Assembly (NCBI GenBank): GCA_951406725.2
Contig: OX597828.1
Coordinates: forward strand, 65,534,001 to 65,598,000
Reading direction: 5' to 3'
Length of the DNA: 64,000 nt
Source of the DNA: Octopus vulgaris
Taxonomy: Eukaryota
Notes under the pieces: model-generated
Told to the model about the DNA's origin: nothing
Seen by the model: the letters and a program-made list of their open reading frames with translations, nothing else
Databases searched by the model: none
Shown: positions 40,657-52,639 of the stretch, piece by piece
Layout: every line of letters starts with the position of its first letter
How positions within the stretch are numbered: position 1 is the first letter of the stretch
Program-made: the position numbers and the translations under genes

Positions 40657-41519
40657 CTACAGTATTACAGAAAGTTTGCAGTTTTAGTGTAACTGTCTTG
40701 TAAGAGAGTGGCAATTTTTTATAAAAATATTACAACATATCCTGTTTTGTAATGTCCCTTGGCAAAATAATTATCCCTTTTACCTTTTACATCTCTTTTA
40801 GATAATGTTGATGTAGTGTCATTGATTGGATCTGATTGTAGATTAATCCTTTTGTTAGCATATTTTTGTTGAAATACACTTCGCTAGTTTCAATTAATTT
40901 TTAAAATAATGAAGAATTTAGTAAAATAACTGTCACCATTAAACTAGTGTTTAGAACATAAATTAACATCAAATTTTGCAGGAAGATTTAAATTTATATC
41001 ATAGAACTAGGGATGGGATCAGGTTGGTTGGTATTAAAAGAGTATAAGTACTTAACGTAACATTTACCATGAAAATTGATCTAAAAAATATTTAACGCGA
41101 ATATCACAAATCTCAATACAATATGACATGGGAAATTCTTCTTCAGCAGCCAGGTAACTATTGTATGACTTGTAAAAAGGCTTAGTGACAGTTCTGTCAC
41201 AAGCTTATTATAAATGGGAATGCAGGAAAGGGTGCTGTACACTCCGGAATCAGTCATATGCCGGATTATGAGGATAGATGGTATCTTATAATACTCTGAT
41301 TGAAATCTTTTACCTAACTTCATTCCAAATGCTACAAGTAAAAAAAAAATCCTCTGGCGTTCTTTCCCTCGCCCTCCAACAATAAGCTCAAGAGCTGGCA
41401 TCTACCCTCACCAAATACTTCAATCTCTATTTCTCTCCCTTCTTTTCTCCCCTTCTCCGTCTCTCTCTCTCTCTCTCTCCTCCCTTTCTCTCATTCCCCA
41501 TTTCTCTCCATCTCTTTGG

Positions 41520-43060
41520 ATAGTGTTTGCAAATATGTCAAAATGCATTCCATCACGAGAACGGCTCTCCGGTCTTACCAACTTCTTATCTATTGCTGTT
41601 GTTTTTGACACATCGAGAGTAACTGGAACAGCATCTTCATCACTTTGAGAGCATCCTTTCGATAACCAGACAATAACTGAGGGAGAACCAGATCTACCGA
41701 GGACTTGTTCCTGCATGTTACTAAATAGTTGATTTGCCCTTGAAAATTTTGGCAAAAGCAATGTAGTTGCATTTGACATCAGTAAATACTTCAAGCATGA
41801 GGACTAATTAGCTTCGTCATCCGCCTATGGGGTACATCTGTTTCTAATTACATGGATCGGAATATTCCCATCAGACCGCACCAATTTCAGTGTGCATTGA
41901 TGAAACTCCCTCAGGAGTTTAAATGCTGATGTTCCTCAACATGTGGTAATATCTACCACAATCTTCTTTCGGGACAATATATTTGTCATTCCTAGCTGAT
42001 ATTGTTTTTTACTCCGCCTCAATATTCCGCGCACATACATCGTTTACATACTGCATAGACACCTCACGCCAGATATACACTAACTCCATAAAAAGAGACC
42101 TTGAGAGCATCCTATAATTTTTTCTACTCTTGGCACAAGGCCAGAAATTTGGGAGGAGGGAGCCAGTCGATTACATCGACCCCAGTACGTAACTGGTACT
42201 TAATTTATCCACCCCGAAAGGATGGAAGGCAAAGTCAACCTCGGCAGAATTTGAACTCAGAATGTGAAGTCAGACGAAATACCCATCTATACTACCCACA
42301 GAGAGGACAAACAAGGACAGACAAACGGATTAAGCCGATTATATCGACCCCAGTGCGTAACTAGTACTTAATTTATCGACCTCGAAAGGATGAAAGGCAA
42401 AGTCGACCTCGGCAGAACTTGAACTCAGAATGTGAAGTTAGGCGAAATACCTATTTCTTTACTACCCACAAGGGGCTAAACACAGAGAGGACAAACAAGG
42501 ATAGACAAGTGGATTAAGTCCATTATATTGACCCCAGTGCATAACTGGTACTTAATTTATCGACCCCGAAAGGATGAAAGGCAAAGTCGACCTCGGCGGA
42601 ACTTGAACTCAGAACGTAGCGGCAGGCGAAATATCGCTAAGCATTTTGCCCATCGTGCTAACGGTTCTGCCAGCTCGCCGCCTTAGAGAACATCAAATAA
42701 TGAGATAATGCTAATCGAGACTACACCAACCTCGGTTGCTAAGCGATGACTCATTCAAAAGGCACGATCTCAATCATTAGACAAATCTAAGAAACAGCTG
42801 TGTATCTCGCCTCATCTTGTCAGGAACAATACACAATTTTAAACTTCAAATTTACTGTACATTCCAGGTCTCACAATCACAATTCATCGTGGAAACAACC
42901 ACACATCCACATATAATGATATAACATTTCTAAAAATGCATCATAAAGACCGTATCCAAAAGTTCTATCAGCTAATTGGCAAATATTCACTTACCAGCAT
43001 CACTTCAACCCTCTTAGATCACAGACTTTTTTCTTCTTTTACTTCTATATATTTGAGAGC
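41520..43060 (+). mobile_element. CR1/Jockey-like reverse-transcriptase remnant interrupted by a SINE array
   Basis: RSTEDL, AFDISK and NADVPQ (GVPQGS) motifs, heavily degenerate. Confidence 0.6.
42128..42683 (-). mobile_element. Head-to-tail SINE A array (three cores)
   Basis: Junctions at GAAATACC (~42280, ~42450); flanks TTGAGAGCATCCTATAAT / TTAGAGAACATCAAATAAT. Confidence 0.9.
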
Positions 43061-43074
43061 TGAGATAGCGGTCA

Positions 43075-43780
43075 TACTCAGAAATAGATTTCCTCTCTCT
43101 CACTCCTTCTATCTCCCTCCTTATATTTACGTAGACACTCCCTCTCCCTCAGAGACAAAAACAAAAAACATGCGACATCCCTGTCAAACATAATATGGAC
43201 ATTGAAAGAAGGTAAGATAAGCAACTCCCAGATAGAGTGGAAAATTATTGCTAAAGCTAAAAAATACAGAGGACGGGGCATTACTGCATTACTGAAAAAT
43301 TAAATATTATTTAATCAACAGACAACATCCTTAAACCTTAGGGATGAAACCTTCTCTCCCTAACAATATTTTACACCCGAATACTTTAAAGAAGTCCCCC
43401 TATAAACGAGGATAACTACAAACGAGGGCAACGCTACAAGGATAGCCTCTCTATATACGTGAACACACATAGCACACAAATTTCATACAACAAAGAAGAA
43501 ATGTCACAAACTCCACACAAAGAAGAAACGAGTTCCCACATACAAGTCCAAAACACCATGCCCAGAATAAGATCATACAAAGAATGCAAAAAATTAAGAA
43601 ATTTACTTAAAAGACAAATCCAAACGAGACAAACCCCAAAAGATGCCTTCTAGAGTAGGGTCTCTTGATTCATTGTTTTACTTACATGAATTTACGAGGA
43701 ATCCCGTGAACGAAACAAGATTGTTTTCCAAAGTGGAGGCGAGCACCTTTCTCCATGTGATCGGCTTGAAAAATTGTTAA
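43075..43780 (+). mobile_element. Penelope-like element GIY-YIG remnant
   Basis: KKHATSLSNIIWTLKEGKISNSQIEWKIIAKAKKYRG...CITEKLNII; 3' extent uncertain. Confidence 0.75.
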
Positions 43781-43900
43781 AATACTTGGATATCTTCCTA
43801 CTCTTCGTAACATGAAACCAATGGTAGCCTTAATTCACAAATAAAGAAATTATTTATCCACCAACGCGGTGTTGACCACTCATTCCAGCGTTCTACATTT

Positions 43901-43959
<59 letters not shown>

Positions 43960-43960
<1 letters not shown>

Positions 43961-44122
43961 GCGCAGGAATGGCTGTGAGGTAAGAAGCTAGCTTCCCAAC
44001 CACATGGTTCCGAGTTCAGTCCCACTGCGTGGCACTTTGGGCAAGTGTCTTCTACTATACCCTCGGGCCGACCAAAGCTTTGTGAGTGGATAAGGTAGAC
44101 GGAAATTGAAAGAATCCCATCG

Positions 44123-44125
<3 letters not shown>
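43960..44125 (+). mobile_element. SINE family B 5' half
   Basis: Head plus core. Confidence 0.8.
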
Positions 44126-44153
<28 letters not shown>

Positions 44154-44204
44154 CTGTCTGTCTATCTGTCTATCTGTCTGTCTGTCTGTCTGTCTGTCTG
44201 CTTG

Positions 44205-45281
44205 TCACCCAGAACATCAGGTGACTTTCCACAATCCATATGATGTCCGACGTATCATGAAACCCAAGTTCTGCCGAACTGAGACGGTCTTTGGGTGTGT
44301 CTCCAATGAGGGTGACGTCATGTTGCCCCAAATCTTTGAACAGAGCTTAAGGCTCATTTCAGACGGCTCAGTGAAGCTGCTATTGCTGTTGCTGTTGAGC
44401 GAAGCGGTCTTCGTCCTCTTGGGAGAAGTCCGAAACGTGGTCCTTTGCTATTCGTAAGACCTGCAGAAAAGGAAGCAGGTCAACCCCCGAGACCGAGAGC
44501 ATCGACTGATGGATAAATGCGCATCCAGGCTCAGCGGTTGCATAGGAAGTCGGGAACAAGAAACAGGAAGAAAGAGTGAGAGAAAGTTGGAGCGAAAGAG
44601 TACAACGGGGGTCGCCACCACCCCCTGCCGGAGCCTCGTGGAGCTTTAGGTGTTTTCGCTCAATAAACACACACAAGGCCTGGTCTGGGAATCGAAACCG
44701 CGATCCTCCGACTGCGAGTCCGCTACCCTAACCATTGGGCCATTGCACCTCCACTTCTGTGAAGCTGCTGGAAATTATGGTCAAACCCTGGCTGGAGAGG
44801 GTTGCTGCTGGAAGGTCATATGTGCAGTAACCGGATTCAGTTCTTTGCCATACTTCCGGAAAGAGTCAGTCGTGGTTGTCGGAGAATTTCTACAATTTCA
44901 CCAGCCCCAATTCCTGGCTTCCTAATTCCCCCGATTCTATTTTCATGTATAACTATATGTGGGATGCGTTTCAGAAAAATACCAGCAGCTCTGCTTACAA
45001 CATCAAAGCCGAGCTGGTAACCAATTTCAATGAGGTGTTCGAAGATCTTCCCAATAACACAGTGAGGAACGCATGTGCCAAGTACGGAGCTGACTTGAGG
45101 TCGTATTGGAAGCTGAGAGCAGATACTTTGAATTAAACCGTTATCTCTCAGCCATAATCTAGTTGATATTTTTTGATATTTTAAAATACTTTTATTCGGG
45201 GTTTTTGTTTTTGCTTTTTTGTGGGGTTTTTTTTTTTTTGCCTTTAATGCAAACTAGCAAATTTAGTCCGAACACCCTGTA
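44205..45281 (+). mobile_element. Decayed maT/DD37D-like transposase 3' half with right TIR
   Basis: VFGCVSNEGDVM, VKPWLERVAAGR, WLPNSPD...YMW motifs; TIR ...CCGAACACCCTG-TA. Confidence 0.75.
44382..44758 (-). mobile_element. tRNA(Arg-like)-derived SINE family D
   Basis: TSD GTGAAGCTGCT; head GGTGCAATGGCCCAATGGTTAGGG...GACTCG...GGTTTCGATTCCC; short CAA/CAG tail. Confidence 0.85.
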
Positions 45282-45747
45282 AATAGTATTTTTTAAGAGG
45301 GCAGGGTGTGATTTGAAGGAGATTTGACTGCTATTTCTAGCAGATCGATCGACCAGGCAGAGGATCCCTGATTGCCTCATATTGAAAAGGTTGCTGATTA
45401 AATGGTGGCAGTGATGAGTTCATAGCAACAAGGTGATAGTTCCTTTAGTCTTCGTGTGATTGTTGTTTTCTTGTTTTCTAATGTAAATGACAGAAGGCAG
45501 TGATATGTCCCGAAGCAAGGCTGATTAAATTAGTAACAGCGTAAGAGAATCAACTGATATTTCTACACCGATAAAAGAAACTTCGACAACTTTTAGTTTG
45601 GAAATGATAAATTCTATTTTCGTGTGGTTTGCTCTAAACCATAGAAGAATAGTTTCAAGTGAACGGATGAGATTTATGTCCACATGTCCTTTTACTCGAC
45701 TGGAATATCTCTGTACGATCTACTGCTTATGACTTTCAGTTTAGCAG

Positions 45748-45823
<76 letters not shown>

Positions 45824-45873
45824 GTGTGTGTGTGTCCATTATCCTAAAGCACACACACACACATATCCATTAC

Positions 45874-46034
45874 CTGAAGCACAAATACAGCTGGTGGTGT
45901 TGTTATCAGCTCTAGTGATAATATTGATAAGAGTGACAGCAGATGTTGCAGGTGATGTTTGGGAAGATGGGATCGATGATAATGAACGTGGTGACGAATG
46001 GAATGCTGTTGTGATAGGGAATAATGGTAGTTTT
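45874..46034 (-). other. Candidate host exon (161 nt)
   Basis: Acceptor ttttatttacttgttctctcAG, donor CAG/GTaatg, two open frames; no homology recognised. Confidence 0.35.
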
Positions 46035-46559
46035 CTGAGAGAACAAGTAAATAAAATTCCAGGTGTCATATATTCTACAAAACTAAGCGATATATATTTT
46101 AGGAAAAACTTGGTTACTATAACACGTGCAGATTTGAAAAGTTTAATACAGCTCACTCAGAGACACCACATTACCAAGAGATATAAATCACATCGAATTA
46201 TAAATAATAATTACAAAATTTGGTTTGATTAGTCTCAATAGCGACAGAAATGAAATTTGATACTGAGAACCATTAAGTAATCTGTCCAGGCTACTAAACC
46301 TACTTAGTTAAGCCATTTGGAGCTAAACAAAAGAGAAAACAATTGAAACTCAGACCTCAATTATCGTTGGATTTATTGCATCCTCATCAGGCTATCTGTG
46401 AATGTTTCCCATTATGAGGCTGAAATCAATCCCCAATCACAATTTCTTTCTCCTTTTCATGTGTAGTGAGATCGTCTATTGGTAATATAAAGATGTTGGG
46501 ACACATTTAGAATTGTGATGTTGAATCACATGAAATCTTGATAATAGATTTATAATTCA

Positions 46560-46923
46560 CTAGCACTATGACTCGGCAACACCGGGTCATAGTGCTAGTG
46601 CATGCATATACAGCTGCGTGTGTGCGCACATACACTCGAGTACTGTCCAAATCTCCGACCAATCACATACAGCTAGCTGGCATTCAATTGGAGTATCAAG
46701 TTTCAGGCACTTTGATTGGGTTTTGGATAGAAAATTCACAAAAAAGTCACTTCTATTGATTTTTTAATGGCTTTCTGGGGTGACTGGGGGAATGTAAAGA
46801 TATGCAAGACCACCCTTGGACGGTTTTGAATAACCATAGAAAGTGCGAGCCCTCTAACTGAAAAATTGTGGATTTGTATAAAGGACACACACACAGACAT
46901 TTTGCCGTTTATATATAGAGAGA
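46560..46923 (-). mobile_element. Non-autonomous Helitron
   Basis: Minus strand A|TC...hairpin...CTAG|T termini, no TSD; 19-bp terminal stem CACTAGCACTATGAC(T/C)CGG. Confidence 0.75.
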
Positions 46924-47802
46924 TTAATTATGGGTTCATAGGTGCTACGTAATTTCCATTACAAAACAGAAATTAGATATCCCAAAATTGAATTCTTTCA
47001 ACCACTAGTTAGAGAATTTTTCCCTGTGAAGATTATGTCAACAAAAAAAAACCCAGATATATCTCAATTTCGATAGTCTGGTTCCGCACACATCAGTCTG
47101 GCAACGATGAGAAATGCTCAGTGATGATGCTGCAGCCTAAGAGTGCAAAACTGTATTCTGACTTTATACGACACCCAGACATTAATCCATTAATCTGTAT
47201 CAGTCATGCTATTTCAGGTCAAGTTGAAACTTGCAAATTCTATACTGAAAATACCTCACCAGCATAGTATGAGTACAATCACAGTTGTTAAGAAACAATC
47301 TGTCACTACCTCGTTGAAAGAACGAAAAAAGAAATAATTTATGGTGAAGTTAATGCTACGAGAACTCGGCATGAATAAGAGCTGATTTATCTTTCACCTT
47401 GCAGCAGTATTTTACTCTATCATTTACTTATCGTCAAAAATAGCAAATTAAATATACATAATTGCTTTTCCAGTTGACTAACACTAGTTAATGATATTCA
47501 AGGAGATATACTTTATCTATTACAATAATTAAAATGTCTTTTACGATTTGTCGGAAGAGCTTTCCATTGATATTAAATGGGTTTTGCTTACCTTATTACA
47601 AACGAATAAATCAAAACATTTGAAAAGTAAGGTTTCATTAGATATTTTATTTGGATTGACATTTAACAAAGGCCACTTGAGAATTATTGCGCATATCTTT
47701 GACTCTTATCATTTTCTGCGTAAGGATTATATCACATAGAAACTGGTTATATGATAGTCCACAAACTATAGAAGAACAATGATAAATTGCTATTTTATAT
47801 TG

Positions 47803-47859
<57 letters not shown>

Positions 47860-48079
47860 TACCAGCAATTATCTATATGGTACATGCTAAACGAAAGCAT
47901 CCTGTGAAATGATATTAGGAATTACTTTCTAATCTCGCTTAATCTAATCTAATTCATTTACGTTCAGTGATATATACTTGTCTTGGAATTTATGTCCCTT
48001 GTAAATTTATCAATCATTACTATAGTCAGTCGATGTAATGATTGTAAAGAGGAACGGTTGAATTTACGCGCACACACAA

Positions 48080-48124
<45 letters not shown>

Positions 48125-48365
48125 CTTTATTTAAAAGCAGCAGAAATATAACAAAAGCTGTTACTCGGAGGTTCACGTTGCCGTAAGTCGGACAGTTTTG
48201 TTAAAATAGAACCTATTTTAACAAAACTGTCCGACTTACGGTAACGTGAAACTCCGAGTAGCAGCTTTTGTTATATTTCTGCTGCTTTTATATAAAGCAT
48301 ATTACTCTACTTCTGGTATTGAGTACTCTTTTTTCCACCTTGTTTCACATTTATGTGCTTACTCC

Positions 48366-48367
<2 letters not shown>
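48125..48367. mobile_element. Fold-back PLE pLTR (85-bp arms) carrying a mutated hammerhead in each arm
   Basis: Arms 48125-48209 and 48213-48297, loop AAC; CUGU-CCGACUU-ACG guaa CGU-GAAA-CUCCGAG-UA-GCAG; tail ATTACTCTAC..GTATTGAGTAC like the tail of the 2394 element. Confidence 0.7.
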
Positions 48368-48410
<43 letters not shown>

Positions 48411-48564
48411 TATTTATTTATTTATTTAGGGAGTTGCAATTATACTTATTCTAGATTATTGTAATTTTAGTCTATCATTTCGTATGTCATTAGTATACAT
48501 TATGTTACTAGTATGTATGTTATTAGTATATTATTAGTATACATCTAATAAGCTAACTTGCAGA

Positions 48565-48660
48565 TTGAAGGAAACAGTTTTTGCATTAAACTGGAAAAAA
48601 ACGCTACAGAAACATAGGGAATACCCCAGACTGCTCATGATTAAATTTTTCGCTAGCACA
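48565..48660 (+). mobile_element. Mariner HTH fragment
   Basis: FCIKLEKNATET motif. Confidence 0.5.
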
Positions 48661-48849
48661 AGAGATTCAAAGACAGTAGAGAGGAGGTGAGATACGATTA
48701 GAGTTGTGGGAGAGAGAATGGCGTGAGAACATCAGAGCTGGTAGAGAAAATTTGCAGTTTTCTGAATAAAGATTTCGTGTATCTATAAAGACGATAAGCT
48801 TATAGTTGGAGTTGGGGTGGCAACTGTACACAGAATTATTCATAAAGAT

Positions 48850-49062
48850 CTGAACCCGTAATGTGACCTCGTGTGTACCGTTGGTGATTTTTTTCCTCTG
48901 TCTTCCCTTCTCTGGATCTTTCCTTCTCCTATGTTTCCGACGAAGAGCTCCGCTCGAAACGTTAAACCCTCCTTCTTTCCTTCCTTCCTGAGCGTCCAAT
49001 AATACTATATTTGTTCCACTTCCTCGCGTTGTTGTGTTTTTTGTGCTTTCTTTTTTGGATTA

Positions 49063-49066
<4 letters not shown>
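48850..49066 (+). mobile_element. PLE pLTR-like fragment with a minimal hammerhead (48933-48967)
   Basis: GUUU-CCGACGA-A-GAGC ucc GCUC-GAAA-CG-UU-AAAC; ends at (TA)n. Confidence 0.65.
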
Positions 49067-49122
<56 letters not shown>

Positions 49123-49123
<1 letters not shown>

Positions 49124-49355
49124 GGGTTTGGCCAAAAGTCACCCGACATTAAATCAAAATTCCATAAACTGTATCTGTAATTCTGTATTGATTCGAATGG
49201 GGAAATGTGTCGCTGAAGAAGGACTTCAGTTTGAACAATTTTCCTGATGTTTCATATTTAGACGCTTTTATAAAATTCATTTACTTGTTAAACATAAATA
49301 AATCATGGAATTAAATGGTTTTGATTTACTGTCAGGTGACTTTTTGCCAACCTTG
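49123..49355 (+). mobile_element. Tc1/mariner-derived MITE
   Basis: TIRs CGGGTTTGGCCAAAAGTCACCCGACA / TGTCAGGTGACTTTTTGCCAACCTTG; TA on both sides; retains transposase end RMGKCVAEEGLQFEQFS*. Confidence 0.8.
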
Positions 49356-49379
49356 TATATACATACGCGCGTGTGTCTG

Positions 49380-49410
<31 letters not shown>

Positions 49411-51106
49411 TCCGGCTCACGTTATTTATAATGAAGAGAAAAGGACTCGATACATTATGTAGAGTATAATTATCTTTATCCGGTGATACTTTCTGCAACT
49501 ACTTTACGTTTCCAGAAAATTCGTTCTACCAATCAGTCATGTCGGTTGACGAAAACTTAGAAACATTATTAATTAGAAAACTTATATACTTGACAAAGTT
49601 TAACACTGTCTACGCAAAAACGGAACCTTGCCTAAAGAACCTTCCACAATAAATCACATCGAACAGCAGGAATAGACTTACTGTAGATGAAGTATTATAT
49701 ATAATTATGTTGGCAGCATTACGTTTCAGTAACCCCAATGACAACAGGGATAAAACTGAATGGAGTGTTTGCAACAAATTGCAAAATGTCTGGGAAGATC
49801 ATCAAATATATTTTGGTCGGGTAAGTTACTGGAATCGGATCAAAAGAGAAAGCAATAGAAATCCAAGCTTCGGTTATCATTGGATTCATTACTTTCTCAT
49901 CAAGCTGGCTGTCTGTTTTCCATTATGAGACTGAAACCTATACCAGATCACAACTTCTTTCTCTCTCCTCGAGTGTAATATTGAATAGTGAGATTTTCAT
50001 TGATAATAAAACGAAACGAGACACATCTCGGACTGTGACGTCGAATCATATGAAATATTCATATAAAATGTTCAGTATCTAAACAGACCATATAGTGAAA
50101 TAATATAACAATGGGCTAATAATTTATGAGTTATAAGTTTGTAGATGTCGTATCCTATCAGGTGGTGCCATTAAGTTAGACATGGCTTGCGCCAATCTTT
50201 GGCCGAAACATATCTAAGTTATCCAAGTTATCTAAGTTTTCTTTCAGCAATGAAGTTAAATATTGTAGTTAATTCTAACACAGATAGAAATTAGTTAACA
50301 AAAATAGGTTTGAATATCGACAAACCTTTCTGAAGTTATCAACTTGGAACTAGAAAAATGTTCGTTATAGAGAATATGTCGAAGAAAATAGATATCTCCA
50401 TTCTGCCAGCGTGGTCCCGGAAACATCGGCCAAACAACGATGGAAAACGCTTCTTTATGTCCCAATCCAAGATTGCCAAAGAGCCATATGGAGGTCGAGG
50501 CCCAAAGCCGAAAGTTATGGAAAGAAAAGCGGAAGACATAGTAGGGGGGGGGGGGAGGATGGCTAATTTGACTGATTTTTTATTTTATTTTGCCTACTTT
50601 TCGTTTTTATGTGACTATGATTTGTTGCGCAGTGTCTTTCTTGGCGAGTAAAATTTTGTAGACGATATCGCGCAAGTTTAGATTTTACAATTACTTTTAT
50701 TAGAAATATTGTTAAATCGACTGACAATGGTAATGATTTTATACCATTATTAGAGCTTAGAAATTGTCCTGATTTGACATTTATAGTATTTAAACTATAT
50801 TTGCCGATTAATCCGATTTCATTCCTGGATGAATTAATTAATCTAACGTTAAGGGCGGGGATCAAATTTATTTTTATGATCTGCCAACGTGATGTATGCT
50901 TCATACTTGGCTAAACAATCTATTCGTTGCTCTAGCTTTAAGCTGGTAGAGATGTCTACGAGTTCAGTATTAATAGCTTTATATCTATAGCAATTAGCTT
51001 TCTATAGTTTTTAGGGATATAAGAGCTGAGAGTAAATGTCATTCACATATTTTCAGGAAATGCAAACCTTTTACATTTAATGTTTTGTAATATTGGTATT
51101 TGTTAA

Positions 51107-51415
51107 GACGCAATGGTCCAATGGTTAGGGCAGCGGACTCGTGGTCGGAGGATCGCGGTTTCGATTCCCAGACCGGGCGTTGTGTGTGTTTATTGAGCGA
51201 AAACATCTAAAGCTTCACGAGGCTCCGGCAGGGGATGGTGGCGACCCTTGTTGTACTCTTTTGCCCCAACTTTTTCTCACTCTTTCTTCCTGTTTCTTCA
51301 GTAACGCTGCGATGGACTGGCGTCCCGCCCAGCTGGCGGGTGACACATACGCCATAGAAACCGGAAACAGGGCCCATGAGCCTGACTAGGCTTGAAAAGG
51401 GGCATATCAATAAAA
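51107..51415 (+). mobile_element. SINE D head with V-SINE-like domain
   Basis: Same head as 44382; CTGCGATGGACTGGCGTCC resembles the V domain; TSD AATATTGGTATTT. Confidence 0.8.
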
Positions 51416-51980
51416 AATTAAAATATTGGTATTTAGTTTATGTTGAAGCTATTATGGTGCTTACTTTATTTATCATTTCCAAGATTTCATATTCAAAGAG
51501 TTAAAGATGAGAAATTGCTCGTTCTTATGCCAAAATGGTTCAGAGTCTGTTGACCACCGTTGCTCGTATCCTAGAATTGTGCCTTTAACTTTATTCATTT
51601 GACAACATCTCCTACTTTTCCTATTAACCGCTTCAGGTAATAATTATTGATTAGTGTTGGGAAGCACTTCATCGAGTCTAATAAATTGTGCAGTTTCATT
51701 ATTGAAAGGCTATTAAACTTGGTCATGGAGACCGTTCTGCTGTACAGGAGCCATATAGCATAATTATTTCTAACAGGTTTTACGGATACTGGTATGGTAG
51801 CATGTAGCTAAATATTCAATCAATACACACACACTCACTCAAATCAGCACCACCACCACCACACACACACACGCATGCACAAACACACACCACCACTACC
51901 AGTACAATCACACCTACATGCACACACCAGCTCTACCGCCACCACACATACACACATATAGAGGGAGAAAGAGCAGTGGT

Positions 51981-52023
<43 letters not shown>

Positions 52024-52153
52024 AGAGAAAGAGAGAGAGAGGAGGCAGATAGAGAATGAGAGTTAGATATATATTAGATATACATACACACACACATATA
52101 TATACATCTATTTTTATACATAGATGTGTGTGTGTACACTCATATTACATGGA

Positions 52154-52227
<74 letters not shown>

Positions 52228-52639
52228 TGACTGGAAAGAAAGATCTGTCGCATTTCAAGATCGGAAAGAAAGAAATTTATCTTCGATATTAATTGATACA
52301 TTTAATCAAGGTAATATTTTCCCTCTTTACTGATAACATAATGTTATCTATTTGACAATTGGCGTAAAATTCTTCAAGCTTCGAAGTAAAGAAACACTCA
52401 GTACAAATATTTCCTGCTGCTTTCGTTGGTGAAGAGCGCCTTTTGTATTCGCGCAGTATGCAGTGCCTGAAATGGGTCTAAACTCATTTTTAAAAAGGTA
52501 CAATCGATACGAATTTAACGATTATGACACAAAGTAATCTGCAGAGAAAGGAAAATTGTTAGAACGTTAAAATGAATGATTATTTTACTTAAATATTGTA
52601 AAAGCAACCCAAAAGAGGCCATGTCAAAAATGCGTGTGA

